From: a virus
Lineage: Duplodnaviria; Caudoviricetes
DNA: 64,000 nucleotides
IMG/VR virus record: IMGVR_UViG_3300020202_000070
Coordinates: 1,942-65,941 of that record
Strand: one strand, 5' to 3'
How positions within the stretch are numbered: position 1 is the stretch's first letter; every line of letters starts with the position of its first letter. Both the position numbers and the translations under genes were made by a program. The notes under the pieces are model-generated. The model was given only the letters and a program-made list of their open reading frames with translations, had not been told where the DNA came from and did not search any database. Positions 42,631 through 52,059 of the stretch are shown here, piece by piece.

Positions 42631-43026
42631 CTACTTCTCGTCGAGCACCGTCGGCTCGTCCGGGTCCGGGCCGTCGTCCTCGGCGTACAGGTCGAACGTC
42701 TCGGCCGCGGGCACCGGCGGCCCGACCGGATCGCGCTGCGCGATCCGGTCGTCCATGTCCCACGCCTCGCCGCCCGCGGCCTCGGCCTCCGCCTTCGCCT
42801 TGCACTCCGCGGCGGTGCGCTTCGCCACCTTCTTCTGCACTTCGAGCAGGTGGTGGAGCTTCAGCGCGTGGAGCTGCGGCAGCGTGCAGCGTTCGAGCAG
42901 GGCCAGGGCGCACTCGAACGCGTCGCCCAGTTCGACCAGTCGCACCAGCGCCTCGCGGTCGGCGGCGATGAAGTCGCCGCCCACGTCGCGGTCGGCCTCG
43001 AACACGAACAGCTTGGTCTGGGACAC
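42631..43026 (-). CDS. Hypothetical protein
   Basis: GAGGAG RBS, GTG start. Confidence 0.55.
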   Translation of the reverse strand: MSQTKLFVFEADRDVGGDFIAADREALVRLVELGDAFECALALLERCTLPQLHALKLHHLLEVQKKVAKRTAAECKAKAEAEAAGGEAWDMDDRIAQRDPVGPPVPAAETFDLYAEDDGPDPDEPTVLDEK

Positions 43027-43036
43027 GGTCGGCTCC

Positions 43037-43289
43037 TCAGAACTCCGGAAGGTCGTCGTCGCGGTCCTCGGCGGCCTCCTGCTCCTCCAGCCGCAGCTCG
43101 CGCTCGCGGATGTCCAGCGCCCGGCGGGCCTGCTCGATCCGCTTCTCCTCGACCGCGACCTCGCGCCGCCGCCTCGGGCAGCCCGGCGATCACGCCGCGG
43201 AGGAAGACGGAGACCGCGTGGGCGATCACCACGGCCGCCGTGCCGGTGCAGACCCACAGGACCGTGAGGCCCCACTCGACGGGCGTCAT
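43037..43289 (-). pseudogene. TM plus coiled-coil small gene, frameshifted near 43176-43178
   Basis: MTPVEWGL...VIAGL continues in another frame as RRREVAVEEKRIEQARRAL...PEF*; 253 nt is one base over in-frame. Confidence 0.55.
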
Positions 43290-43500
43290 CGCGTACTCCT
43301 TCGCGTACAGGCGGCCGGCGGGGTACGACCCCCAGGCCCGCGTGCTGTTCCGCACCACGCGGCCCGGCCGTCACCGGCTCACCGGAAGCCCGCTCGGAGC
43401 CGCCGGTCCCGCCGTGGGGCCGGGTTTCTTTCCCCCCGGCGAAGTCGGGCGGTTCGGGCGCCCCACCCTCCCGTCGCATCCGTGCGGCGAGTCTCACGTC

Positions 43501-43710
43501 TCACACGCCCCGCGACAGCCGCTCCTCCGCGGCCTCGACCACCTGTTCGATCAGCACCTTCTGCTGCCTGAGCAGGCCGCGCAGCCGCTCGTTCTCTTCG
43601 CACAGCCGGCGGCACCGGTCGGCCAGCCGGTCGGCGCAGACGAACAGGGCGAAGATCGCGGCGGCCATCGCGGCGAAGGCGAACCTGAATTCCGGCCCCA
43701 TCGGACACAT
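43501..43710 (-). CDS. Small TM/coiled-coil protein
   Basis: Hydrophobic N-terminus followed by a coiled coil. Confidence 0.5.
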   Translation of the reverse strand: MCPMGPEFRFAFAAMAAAIFALFVCADRLADRCRRLCEENERLRGLLRQQKVLIEQVVEAAEERLSRGV

Positions 43711-43734
43711 CCTCTCTCGCGTGCGGGGTCCGGG

Positions 43735-43986
43735 TCAGGCCGCGGCGGGCAGGGCCGCACTGGCGGCCGGCGGCGTGCGGGGCGGCACCCTCGGGACGTC
43801 GCCCCGCCGGGCCTGGGCGATCGCGCGGTCGAGCAGTTCGCGCAGGTCTTCGGCCTCCTCGACCGTGTACCGCCGCGACGTGTCGCCGTCGGAGAGCGCG
43901 ATGCGGATCACCGCGTCGGGCCGGGCGTTCGCCGACGCCTCCAACACGTCCACCCGCGGCCGGAACTTGCGGTACTTGTTCGACAT
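43735..43986 (-). CDS. Small hypothetical protein
   Basis: AAAGGAG RBS; YTVEEAEDLRELLDRAIA. Confidence 0.6.
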   Translation of the reverse strand: MSNKYRKFRPRVDVLEASANARPDAVIRIALSDGDTSRRYTVEEAEDLRELLDRAIAQARRGDVPRVPPRTPPAASAALPAAA

Positions 43987-44191
43987 CGCGATCTCCTTTC
44001 GTCCTTTCGCCTCTCGCTCAAACGCGCCGGGCCGCCGCGGGTGCGGGCGATTGGGGGAGCGCGGCCTCGGGTGCCCGCGTCTCGATGCGCCCGCCGTCGT
44101 CGCGACCCGCGCCGGCGGTGAGGGTCGCCGGTGGGGGATGGGGCCGGGCCGTCCGCACGCTGCGGGGGCCGCGACCCGGCGCGCCTGATCC

Positions 44192-44533
44192 CTACGGGGC
44201 GCGGCCGCGGCGGGTCAGCCGCTTCCGCGCCATCAACTCCCGCGCCGCGTCCTCGCTCACGGCAAGCGCGGCGATCTCGTCGGGCAGGTAGTACACCGGC
44301 TTGCCCGGCCCCTTCCCCTTCGGCCGCACCTGCGAGCACAGGCCGCGGGCGGCGTGACCCTCCAGCGTCGTCCGCTTGCACGCGAGCTGGGCGCACGCCT
44401 GGGCCGTGGTGAGGCGCAGCGGCCTGGCGGCCGGGTTCGCTTCCGGGGTGCGGACGCCCGCACCGGCGACCAGCTTGGCGAGCGCGGCCTCGATGCGGTC
44501 GAGGCGATCCAGGATCGCGGGATCGGCGGACAT
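44192..44533 (-). CDS. Excisionase-like HTH protein
   Basis: LTTAQACAQLACKRTTL...PVYYLPDEI; second gene of the lytic operon, opposite the integrase. Confidence 0.7.
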   Translation of the reverse strand: MSADPAILDRLDRIEAALAKLVAGAGVRTPEANPAARPLRLTTAQACAQLACKRTTLEGHAARGLCSQVRPKGKGPGKPVYYLPDEIAALAVSEDAARELMARKRLTRRGRAP

Positions 44534-44536
44534 GGG

Positions 44537-44758
44537 TCAGGCTCCGGCTTCGCCGGTCTCCACCGGGTGCAGTTCGTCGTGCATCTCCTTCACGACTCGG
44601 CGGTACTCCCGTTCGATGCCGGGGCCGCCGAATTGCTGGATCGCCTCGGCGATGCTGCACCCGTGGCGGTCACGGATCACCTTCACCTGGGCGTGGAAGC
44701 TCTTGAAAACCTCCACGAGGGTCTTCTCTTCGGCGGTCACTTCGGCTGCGTCACTCAC
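44537..44758 (-). CDS. Putative Cro-position regulator (RHH-like)
   Basis: First gene left of the divergent promoter; KTLVEV strand followed by two helices. Confidence 0.5.
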   Translation of the reverse strand: MSDAAEVTAEEKTLVEVFKSFHAQVKVIRDRHGCSIAEAIQQFGGPGIEREYRRVVKEMHDELHPVETGEAGA

Positions 44759-44949
44759 TTGCCGTCCTCTTAGAACCTTTCGGTTCGCCGGGGCAACTTA
44801 TTCTCAGAACCTTGTACCCCGGAGAATTGAAATAGTCAAGGTGGTCGTGCGAATAAATTTCTTGAGTCCTTGTGGAACCCAAGTCAGGCGGGCGGTAGCC
44901 TGAACCCATAGGTTCGGGGCCGAAATCGGCTCCGAGGGGAGATGTTTCC
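44759..44949. promoter_or_regulatory. Divergent lysis/lysogeny control region with two GAACC-N4-GGTTC palindromes
   Basis: AT-rich gap; palindromes at 44773-44786 and 44902-44915. Confidence 0.65.
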
Positions 44950-45231
44950 GTGCCGGTCGCCACTATGCCGAATCCGAAGGGCCAGAAGAATCAGCCGCCC
45001 GCAACGTCAGACGACGCGGGCGGTCAGCAACCCGACGAGACGGGTAAGGAGAAGAGCACGTTGAAGGTGGACCCGGAGGATGCGCGGCTCGTGGGTAAGA
45101 TCGCCGCACACCGGGGGAAGAGCGTCGCGAAGTTGTTCAAGGACAAGGATGTGCAGGACTTCTTCAATCACCTGCTTCTGGAGGAGATGCGTAAAGAATC
45201 TGAGCGGATTCAGGGGAAGAAGAAATCATGA
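44950..45231 (+). CDS. Putative repressor-position regulator (RHH-like)
   Basis: KSTLKV strand, helix, RGKSVAKL helix; first gene of the integrase-side operon. Confidence 0.5.
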   Translation: MPVATMPNPKGQKNQPPATSDDAGGQQPDETGKEKSTLKVDPEDARLVGKIAAHRGKSVAKLFKDKDVQDFFNHLLLEEMRKESERIQGKKKS

Positions 45232-45490
45232 TCTCGGCCGTACCGTCGGCGGCCCGCCGGAGGTAGCCGTACCCGACAATCTCCCCGGTGCGGTCACGCA
45301 GTATTACCGTTCCCGTCGCCCACGTCGGACACGCCGCCAGCGCTTCGCTCAGGCTTTTCTCGTTCACGTTCGCGTCTCCCTTCCGCCTTCCAGCTTCCCC
45401 GCACCCGACTCTACGCGGTCGCCCAAGATCATAGAAGCCCGTTGCGTCTGCTCACCCGAATTGGGCAGTCGTCCGCCCCGGAGCCCTCCC

Positions 45491-46327
45491 ATGAAACTCC
45501 CCGCGACCCTCAACCAGACCCTCGCCCGAGTCGCCCGCGAAGTGTTCGAAGCGCTCCAGGCCGACGACCGCGACACCCTCAAGTGGGGGCTCGACATCGG
45601 CGACCGCCGGGTCACGATCGGCATGCGGGCGGCCGCCGAGGACGCCGCCCCGGCCGCGGCGGACCTGCCCGAGGCGCTGCGCCACCGCTCGCGGCCGGCC
45701 ACCCGCGAGGTCTACTACGCCCTCCGCGATCTGCGGGACGACGTCGGCCCCGACGCCGTCGTGCGGCCGGCCGACGTGAAGGCCTGGATGGAGCGCAACG
45801 ACACCCTCCCCAACGCGCAGTCGATCCACACGATCAACCACGCCCTCAAGGATCTGTTCGACCGGGACCTCGCCTTCTCGCACCCGGCCCGCGGCTGGGT
45901 GCTCGGCTGCCGGCAGCCGTCTCTGCCCATTTCGGGTGGGCAGACCGACCGACCTCCCGCCCCGGAACTGCGCGCGTACGCTTCTGGCATGGCGGACGCC
46001 GGTGTCCGCCGCTTCGCCGGCGCCGCGCTGGCGAACCCCCAGAGGGTCTGGGTGCCGGGCGAACTGTCGGAGTACGGCGTGCTGATCACGGACCTCGACA
46101 CCGGCGAGCCGGTGGCCGTCGCCGAGCGGACGGGCCGGATGCAGGTGCTCGACCGCTCAGGCCGGCTGCGCAGCGTTCCGGCCGCCCGCGGCGAACTGGT
46201 GTCGGCCGACCGCGGCCGGGCCGTGGTCCGCTTCGCCCGCGGCGTGCGGGCCACCGTCCGCGTGCTGGGCGACTGGCAGCTCCGCGGCGAGACCGCCCCC
46301 GGACCCGACGAGCCCGCGGTCGCCTGA
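45491..46327 (+). CDS. Hypothetical protein with a winged-HTH-like segment
   Basis: SIHTINHALKDLFDRDLAFSHPARGWVL. Confidence 0.6.
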   Translation: MKLPATLNQTLARVAREVFEALQADDRDTLKWGLDIGDRRVTIGMRAAAEDAAPAAADLPEALRHRSRPATREVYYALRDLRDDVGPDAVVRPADVKAWMERNDTLPNAQSIHTINHALKDLFDRDLAFSHPARGWVLGCRQPSLPISGGQTDRPPAPELRAYASGMADAGVRRFAGAALANPQRVWVPGELSEYGVLITDLDTGEPVAVAERTGRMQVLDRSGRLRSVPAARGELVSADRGRAVVRFARGVRATVRVLGDWQLRGETAPGPDEPAVA

Positions 46328-46354
46328 CCGCACCCGTTCACCAGGAACTACCCC

Positions 46355-46723
46355 ATGAGACGCAAACCGCCCGCCGGCCGCGAAGCCGGCGCGACGCCCT
46401 ACGGCACCGCCCGGCTCACCGTCTGGGTGCCGGGCGAACCCGGCAGCGGCCCCTTTGCCGTCACCGTCCGAGACGCCGTGACCGGCCAGACGTACCTGAT
46501 CGGCGCCGGCAAGCTCGGCCTGCTCGAAGTTCCCGACGGGGAGGGCGGCTGGTACACGGTGTGGGCGGCCCGCGGCGACTACGAGGGGACCGACGGCCGG
46601 CACGCGCTCGTCCGCATGGTGGACGGCGCGCTCCTGCGCGTCGCGATCCTGTGGGCCAACCAGTTTTTCGACGGCCGGCGGCCGGCACCCTGGACCCTCG
46701 GCCCGCGGAGGCCCGCCGCGTGA
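46355..46723 (+). CDS. Hypothetical protein
   Basis: Coding-like ORF in the integrase operon. Confidence 0.55.
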   Translation: MRRKPPAGREAGATPYGTARLTVWVPGEPGSGPFAVTVRDAVTGQTYLIGAGKLGLLEVPDGEGGWYTVWAARGDYEGTDGRHALVRMVDGALLRVAILWANQFFDGRRPAPWTLGPRRPAA

Positions 46724-47202
46724 CCGGCCCCTTCGAGGACCGCCGGCCGCCCTTCTGGGTGTTCGTCACCGGCCACCCCGACGCGATCCCGTCGGGGTAC
46801 TGGCAGCACTCGCCGTCAGGCCGCCAGTCGCTCGACGTGCCCGGCGTCGCCGAGCTGCGCTCGTACCTCGACGCGGTCCTCTACCGCCGCCGCGACCGTC
46901 ACCGCCTGGCCGTGCTCTGCCGCGGCGGGCGGCCGTGCGAGGCCGGCGTGGACGCCGCGGTGCGCGCCTACTGCGAGGCCCGGGGGATCGCCTGCCTCGT
47001 GCAGTTCGCCGAGCCGGACCTCTACGGCCCCGAGGCCGAGTACCGCCGCGACCTCGACGCCGTGGCCCGCGCGCACGCCGTCGTCTGGTTCGGCCCGCGG
47101 GTCGAGCGCGACCCCGTCACGCTGGCCGCGTTCCTGGGCGTCCCGTGCCGCGTCGCGCCGGTGCGGGCGCCCGCACTCGCCCTCGAAGAGGAGGACGCCT
47201 GA
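46720..47202 (+). CDS. Hypothetical protein (SLOG/YspA-like pattern)
   Basis: CRGG...GVDAAVRAYCEARGI...YGPEAEYRRD...AHAVVWF. Confidence 0.5.
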   Translation: MTGPFEDRRPPFWVFVTGHPDAIPSGYWQHSPSGRQSLDVPGVAELRSYLDAVLYRRRDRHRLAVLCRGGRPCEAGVDAAVRAYCEARGIACLVQFAEPDLYGPEAEYRRDLDAVARAHAVVWFGPRVERDPVTLAAFLGVPCRVAPVRAPALALEEEDA

Positions 47203-47203
47203 C

Positions 47204-48508
47204 ATGGCCCACGTCCACCGGCAGACCTACACCAAGCCGATTCCCGCCGGCGCCGAGCGCGTCACGGTGAAGAAAACGCCGTGCGTCCGCTGGCGGGGCC
47301 GAACCGGCGAGTGGGTCGTGGCCGAAGTGATCCCGGAGAAGCCCGGCCGGTGCCGCTGCCAGTCGGCCAAGTGGTACGTCACCTACTACGACCACGCCGC
47401 CGGCCGCGAGCGAACCGTGCCCGGCTACACCGACCGGGCCGCCACCGACGCCCTGATGGTGAGTCTCGTGAGGACCGCCCAGCGGGTCGACGCCGGACTC
47501 CTGCCGCCGGAGGCCCAGCGCGAGCGCCTGACGATGGCGGAGCTGCTCGACCGCTGGCAGCGGTTCATCCGGCACAAGGGCGCCACGGAGGCCGGCGCGC
47601 ACCGGCGGCGGCAGCGGGCCGGGGCGGTGGCCGAGGGCGTCGGGGCCGACCGCCCCGCGCAGCTCACGCCCTCGGCGGTGCTGGAGTGGGCCGGCGCGGC
47701 GAAGGAGGAGCACGACTGGAGCGACGGCTCGGTGATCGCCTACCTGTCCGCGGTCAAGGGGTTCACCAAGTGGCTCGCGCAGGTCGAGCGGCACGAGCCG
47801 GTCGACCACCTCTCCGCCCTGCCTTGCGGCTACGAGCCGGCCGAGGTCCGCCGCGTCCGCCGGGCGCTCTCCCCCGAACAACTGGAGGAACTGCTCGCCG
47901 CCGCCCGCGCCAGCCCGGACACCGTCCGCGGCCTCACCGGCCCCGAGCGCCACGCGCTCTACCTGACCGCCGCCTCGACCGGGCTGCGGGCGGTCGAGCT
48001 GTCTCGCCTCACCGCCGCTGACCTCGACGCGGCCGCCGGCGCGGTCACCGTCCGCCGGCCGGCCAAGGCGCGCGGCCGGCGCACCGACGTCGTGCCGCTC
48101 GACCCCGAGGTGATCCGCCTCGTGCTCGCGGTCTGCCCGGCGGAGGGCCACCTCTGGCCGGCGCGGGAGCTGAAGACGACGCACTGGTACTTGCAGGGCG
48201 CCGAGATGATCCGCCGCGACCTGGCCGCCGCCGGCATCCCCTACCGCGACGCCGAGGGCCGCGTGTTCGACTTTCACTCGCTGCGCGGGCAGTTCGCGAC
48301 GGATTTGGACCGCGCCGGCGTCACGCTCCAGCGGGCGCAGAAGCTCATGCGCCACGCCGACCCGGCCATGACCGCCAAGCACTACACGCGCCCGGAACGC
48401 GAGGAACTGGCGAAGGAGGCAGCCAAGCTCGGCCGCGGCAAGCTAGCGCGACAGGCGCGGCCGGCGCTTGGGGTGGCGCTTGGGAGGAGACCCCGTAAGA
48501 GGCCGTGA
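47204..48508 (+). CDS. int: Tyrosine integrase
   Basis: TGLRAVEL, DFHSLRGQF, LMRHADPAMTAKHY catalytic motifs. Confidence 0.95.
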   Translation: MAHVHRQTYTKPIPAGAERVTVKKTPCVRWRGRTGEWVVAEVIPEKPGRCRCQSAKWYVTYYDHAAGRERTVPGYTDRAATDALMVSLVRTAQRVDAGLLPPEAQRERLTMAELLDRWQRFIRHKGATEAGAHRRRQRAGAVAEGVGADRPAQLTPSAVLEWAGAAKEEHDWSDGSVIAYLSAVKGFTKWLAQVERHEPVDHLSALPCGYEPAEVRRVRRALSPEQLEELLAAARASPDTVRGLTGPERHALYLTAASTGLRAVELSRLTAADLDAAAGAVTVRRPAKARGRRTDVVPLDPEVIRLVLAVCPAEGHLWPARELKTTHWYLQGAEMIRRDLAAAGIPYRDAEGRVFDFHSLRGQFATDLDRAGVTLQRAQKLMRHADPAMTAKHYTRPEREELAKEAAKLGRGKLARQARPALGVALGRRPRKRP

Positions 48509-48719
48509 AAGGTCGGGGAAGTGGACTCGCGGCGGCGGTGTCGGCGGGGGCGGGGCGGGGCCGGGAATCGTTGCGAAACGACGCGATTTCGGGGCCGCGG
48601 GCGGGACGGGTCAGGGGCGGCGGCGGTGTCTGTCCCCGGCACTTAGTGAAGTGGCTCAACGCCCAGGAATCCTGGGCGTTTCGCGTTTACGGCGGCGGGC
48701 GCTTGGGTTCAGGCTTGGG
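48463..48719. other. Candidate intact attP (arm repeats, tRNA-3'-like core, hairpin)
   Basis: GGCGCTTGGG at 48463, 48475 and 48698, variant at 48711; TGTCCCCGGCACT at 48631. Confidence 0.6.
48658..48680. terminator. Perfect hairpin between convergent genes
   Basis: AACGCCCAGG-AAT-CCTGGGCGTT. Confidence 0.65.
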
Positions 48720-49299
48720 GGAACGGACGGATTGTCCCCGATCGGCGGTCCCACACCTTCTTGTCGCTCCAGTCCTGAGTCCGCACCCGCACGGCCCGCA
48801 GTGCGACGATCTCCTCCGGCGTCAGGGGGACACTGAGGTACGGGTTGATGTCGCCGCAAGCGGGGGCCGTGAGAACCCCGCGGCGGTTGCGGTTGCAGGT
48901 CGGCTGCAGGAACCGAATGAATCCGCCCTCGACGCCCGTCACAGCGGGCGGCGGGACGGCGATCCAGTACCAGCGATCGTAGACCTTGCTCCCGATGTGC
49001 TGGGCGGCCCGGCTGTAGACCTCGCACGAGCTGCCGACGTAGGCGACCTCCGGCCCGTCGCAGAGGAAGTACACGCCCGGCCCGCACGCGCGTGGGCCGA
49101 CCGGCCCCGCAAGCAGCCCCTTGATGCGCGCGAGCGATTGCGGCGGGGTGGGCCTGACGAGGACGGCCGCGTTCGCGTACTTGTCGGCGAGATAGCCGAT
49201 CACCCGCAGTCGCACGGCCTCCGGAAGTCGCTCCAGGCTTTGCCCGCACGCCGTGAGCGTGCGCAGTTCCAGGTCGGCACCCGTCTGCTCGTCGTTCAT
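48709..49299 (-). CDS. GIY-YIG nuclease-like protein
   Basis: PGVYFL...VAYVGSS...RAAQH...E..FIRFLQP.CN. Confidence 0.75.
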   Translation of the reverse strand: MNDEQTGADLELRTLTACGQSLERLPEAVRLRVIGYLADKYANAAVLVRPTPPQSLARIKGLLAGPVGPRACGPGVYFLCDGPEVAYVGSSCEVYSRAAQHIGSKVYDRWYWIAVPPPAVTGVEGGFIRFLQPTCNRNRRGVLTAPACGDINPYLSVPLTPEEIVALRAVRVRTQDWSDKKVWDRRSGTIRPFPQA

Positions 49300-49552
49300 G
49301 GGCTCTCCTTGCGTCGTATCGACTCGGTATAGCGTGGGCGCCGGGGCTCACACCTCTTCGGCCAGCGGCAGCGCCCGCCCCTTGCGCCTTCTTGCCAGCA
49401 GGTCGCGGCACCGCCGCAGCTCCCGCCGGCGGCCGGCGTCGTAGGCGCGGGCGACGAGCTTGGCGGCACCCCAGGCCAGGGCGCCCCAGAACAGGACCAG
49501 GCGGAGGAGGGCGAGGGCGGTCACGGTGCGGGCTCCGGGGTGTGGGGTGGGG

Positions 49553-49870
49553 TCAGGTTCCGTCCGCGTGCGGCAGCAGCGCCGCCGGCACGACGAGCCA
49601 GCCGGCCGCGTCCTGTAGCCACCGGCACTTCACGCCGGCGGTCGTCTGCGCGACGACGCACGCGACGTAGGCCGCGGCCAGCGTGTTGCACACGAGCGCC
49701 GGCCCGACGGCCTCGCTGAAGCCGGTGCCGTCGAGCCAGGTCAGGGGCGGCCGTTCGTATGGGGAGAAGTCGCCCATCTGGGCGGCGGTAATGAGGTTCA
49801 GCGCGGCGGAGAGCTTCTCGTCGCGAAGCTCGCGGTTGGCCCGCGCGGCGGTTGCTTCGTACTCGTTCAC
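49553..49870 (-). CDS. Hypothetical protein
   Basis: GGAG RBS, GTG start. Confidence 0.5.
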   Translation of the reverse strand: MNEYEATAARANRELRDEKLSAALNLITAAQMGDFSPYERPPLTWLDGTGFSEAVGPALVCNTLAAAYVACVVAQTTAGVKCRWLQDAAGWLVVPAALLPHADGT

Positions 49871-49923
49871 GGCTGCTCCAGGTTCGCGGCCGGTGCGGGC
49901 GCCCCCGCCGGCGGGGGCGCCGG

Positions 49924-50319
49924 TCACTTCTTCGCGGCCTTCGCCTTCTTCGCCTTCAGGAACGCGGGCTGGATGCCGGCGGCCTTGCGCTGCGCGGCCT
50001 GGTCGCGGGCGACGCGCTTGCGGACTTTGGTCGTCAGCGCATCACGCTGGCGGGCGATCGCGTCGGCCACTTCGGGCGGGATCGCGATGCGGACCGAGCC
50101 GGTGCCGTCCACGTAGACCAGGAAGATCGTGTCGCCGACCTCGCGCTGCCGGAGCGTCTGAACGACGAAGGTCTGCGCCTCGCCGATGAGGGGCGTGTGG
50201 ACGGTGAGGGTCGTGGGCTTGGTGCGCGTCACGTCCGGCAGGTCGATCAGCGCGCCCATCATCCGGTCGAACTTGTCCACCGTCTTGTACTGCCGGCCGT
50301 TGTCTTCGGGCTTCGACAT
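49924..50319 (-). CDS. Hypothetical protein with a basic C-terminus
   Basis: GGAGG RBS; coding-like ORF. Confidence 0.6.
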   Translation of the reverse strand: MSKPEDNGRQYKTVDKFDRMMGALIDLPDVTRTKPTTLTVHTPLIGEAQTFVVQTLRQREVGDTIFLVYVDGTGSVRIAIPPEVADAIARQRDALTTKVRKRVARDQAAQRKAAGIQPAFLKAKKAKAAKK

Positions 50320-50358
50320 GGGAACTGCCTCCGGTTAGGGCCTTTCGGCCGGGCTGGG

Positions 50359-50613
50359 TCACTTCGTCTCGGCGAACGGGTCCGGCACGAGGTGCTCGGC
50401 CCGCCCGCGGACCGTGTCCTCGGTGTCCGCGAACGTCCCCGCCTTGTCGTCCCGGATCGCCTCCAGGTCGTCCACTTGCAGCCCCTCGAGGTAGGACTTG
50501 CCGCCGTACTCGCGCAGCAGGCAGAGGGCCGTCCCCTCGCTCGGGTCGAACGCGAACACTCGCTCGACCTTGTCGTAGCTGCCGTACTTCTTCCGCAGGA
50601 TCACCTTCGCCAT
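50359..50613 (-). CDS. Hypothetical protein
   Basis: GGAGG RBS. Confidence 0.6.
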   Translation of the reverse strand: MAKVILRKKYGSYDKVERVFAFDPSEGTALCLLREYGGKSYLEGLQVDDLEAIRDDKAGTFADTEDTVRGRAEHLVPDPFAETK

Positions 50614-50662
50614 CGTCGCTCCTCCGGGTTGGGGGCCGGCGGGTGCCGGCCCTAGTGATCGC

Positions 50663-50971
50663 TCACACGCTCCGCAGTCGCGCGCAAATCTCCCGGACCG
50701 CCGCGTTCCGCACCTCCCCCGGACACCGCCAGCACTCCGGATGGTCCTCGATCCAGTCGGCCAGGATCGCCGGCGGCAGCTCGCCGCGGACCGCCAGCCG
50801 GGCCACGCACTGCGCCTCGGCGGAGCCGTCGAGGAACAGGAACCCGACCCCTTCGAGCCGGCCGCCGGGGTGCCGGACGGCGGCCACGCAGCGGACGCTG
50901 TACGCCCACAGCTCGACCGTCACCGGCCGGCACGGTCCGCCCGTCTCGCCCCAAGTCCGCTCGGTCGGCAT
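50663..50971 (-). CDS. Hypothetical protein
   Basis: AGGAG RBS; PAILADWIED motif. Confidence 0.55.
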   Translation of the reverse strand: MPTERTWGETGGPCRPVTVELWAYSVRCVAAVRHPGGRLEGVGFLFLDGSAEAQCVARLAVRGELPPAILADWIEDHPECWRCPGEVRNAAVREICARLRSV

Positions 50972-51005
50972 TGGGAGACTCCTGTCGGGGTGCTGTTGGA
51001 CCGCG

Positions 51006-51422
51006 TCACCCCCGAACGAAGCGATACGTCGCCCCGGTCGTGCAGACCGGCGGGCACTTCGGGTCGAGGGTCGCGAGCATGTTGTGACGCATCCCCTCGG
51101 CGGTCCAGCAGTGGTGGCCGCGGATGCGCTCCCACGTCTTCGCGTACTCGGGGTCGGTGTGCTCGATCCGCGTCTCCACGCCGGTCGCCCGGTCGGTGCG
51201 GACGATCGGGTAGAACTTCAGGTCGCGCTCGGCGTGCCGCACGATCACCGTCCGCACGCCGTCGTCAACGCCGCGGTCCTCCGTGTCGAAGCCGCGGGTC
51301 GCCGTCTCCGGGCTGACCTTGTCGAGCCACGCGCACGCCTCGTCGTAGCTGGCGAAGCTCTCGTCCCGCACGCCGGCCACCGCCAGCCAGATCGTCCGCT
51401 TCCGCTTCTTCTGCCGCGTCAT
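51006..51422 (-). CDS. Hypothetical protein
   Basis: GGAGG RBS. Confidence 0.6.
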   Translation of the reverse strand: MTRQKKRKRTIWLAVAGVRDESFASYDEACAWLDKVSPETATRGFDTEDRGVDDGVRTVIVRHAERDLKFYPIVRTDRATGVETRIEHTDPEYAKTWERIRGHHCWTAEGMRHNMLATLDPKCPPVCTTGATYRFVRG

Positions 51423-51446
51423 GGGATGCCTCCGTTGGGGTTGGGT

Positions 51447-51698
51447 CTACCGCCAGCAGTTCCGGCACTTGCCGGCCCGGATGTCCGCGATGGTTTCCAG
51501 CATGTCGCGGACGCCCTCTTCGCGCGTCCGCGCCCGGTGGATCATCTCGTCGCCGTCGAAGTACGCCTTGCAGTGCCAGTCGCCGGCGTAGTCCACGCCG
51601 AGGAACAGGCAGCCGGGCGTCGGCCGGAAGAAGGTGAACCGCACGCCGTCGACCTCGCACGTCCAGCCGCCGTTCGCCGTTCGCTTGTAGCTCGCCAC
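51447..51698 (-). CDS. Hypothetical protein
   Basis: GGAGG RBS; first gene after the leftward promoter. Confidence 0.55.
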   Translation of the reverse strand: MASYKRTANGGWTCEVDGVRFTFFRPTPGCLFLGVDYAGDWHCKAYFDGDEMIHRARTREEGVRDMLETIADIRAGKCRNCWR

Positions 51699-51737
51699 GT
51701 TTCGCCCTCCCGCTTGCAACCTTCGACCGTCCTGCGT

Positions 51738-51819
51738 ATACTATTCGTACTTGCGAACAGTTGCAAGGCGGGAAGCGGAGGAATCTTGAAAAATGTTCGC
51801 ACCAACGAATAATGGCGGG
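51738..51819. promoter_or_regulatory. Back-to-back sigma70-type promoters, each overlapped by an ATTCGT-N3-TGCGAACA operator
   Basis: Left TTGCAA-N17-TAGTAT; right TTGAAA-N16-AATAAT-N6-ATG; inverted operator copies at 51743-51759 and 51794-51810. Confidence 0.7.
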
Positions 51820-52059
51820 ATGACCCAACTACCCGCGGGCGATTGGATCACCGTGGCCGAGGCCGCGGACCTGTTGGAAATCAGCAAGCGGCGTGTGCAG
51901 AAGCTGATCGAAGAGGAGCGGCTGAAGGCGACGCGGATGACCCCGCGCCTCTACCTGCTGCTCCGCGAGGATGTGCTTGCGTTCGCGAAGGAGGATCGGC
52001 CGCCGGGTCGGCCGACGGACAAGAAGAAGAGTCGCAAGCAGGCGAGAGGGGGCAAGTGA
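51820..52059 (+). CDS. HTH_17 DNA-binding protein
   Basis: WITVAEAADLLEISKRRVQKLIEEERLKA...RPPGRP. Confidence 0.85.
   Translation: MTQLPAGDWITVAEAADLLEISKRRVQKLIEEERLKATRMTPRLYLLLREDVLAFAKEDRPPGRPTDKKKSRKQARGGK

Noticed and set aside
44773-44915. GAACC-N4-GGTTC as a LexA SOS box
   Set aside because: The spacing (GAAC-N6-GTTC) differs from the GAAC-N4-GTTC box; treated as a phage operator instead.
51476-51488. 12-nt match (GCGGACATCCGG, minus strand) to the duplicated spacer
   Set aside because: The match does not extend cleanly and 12 nt is near chance in such GC-rich DNA; worth revisiting only if seed-only targeting is shown.
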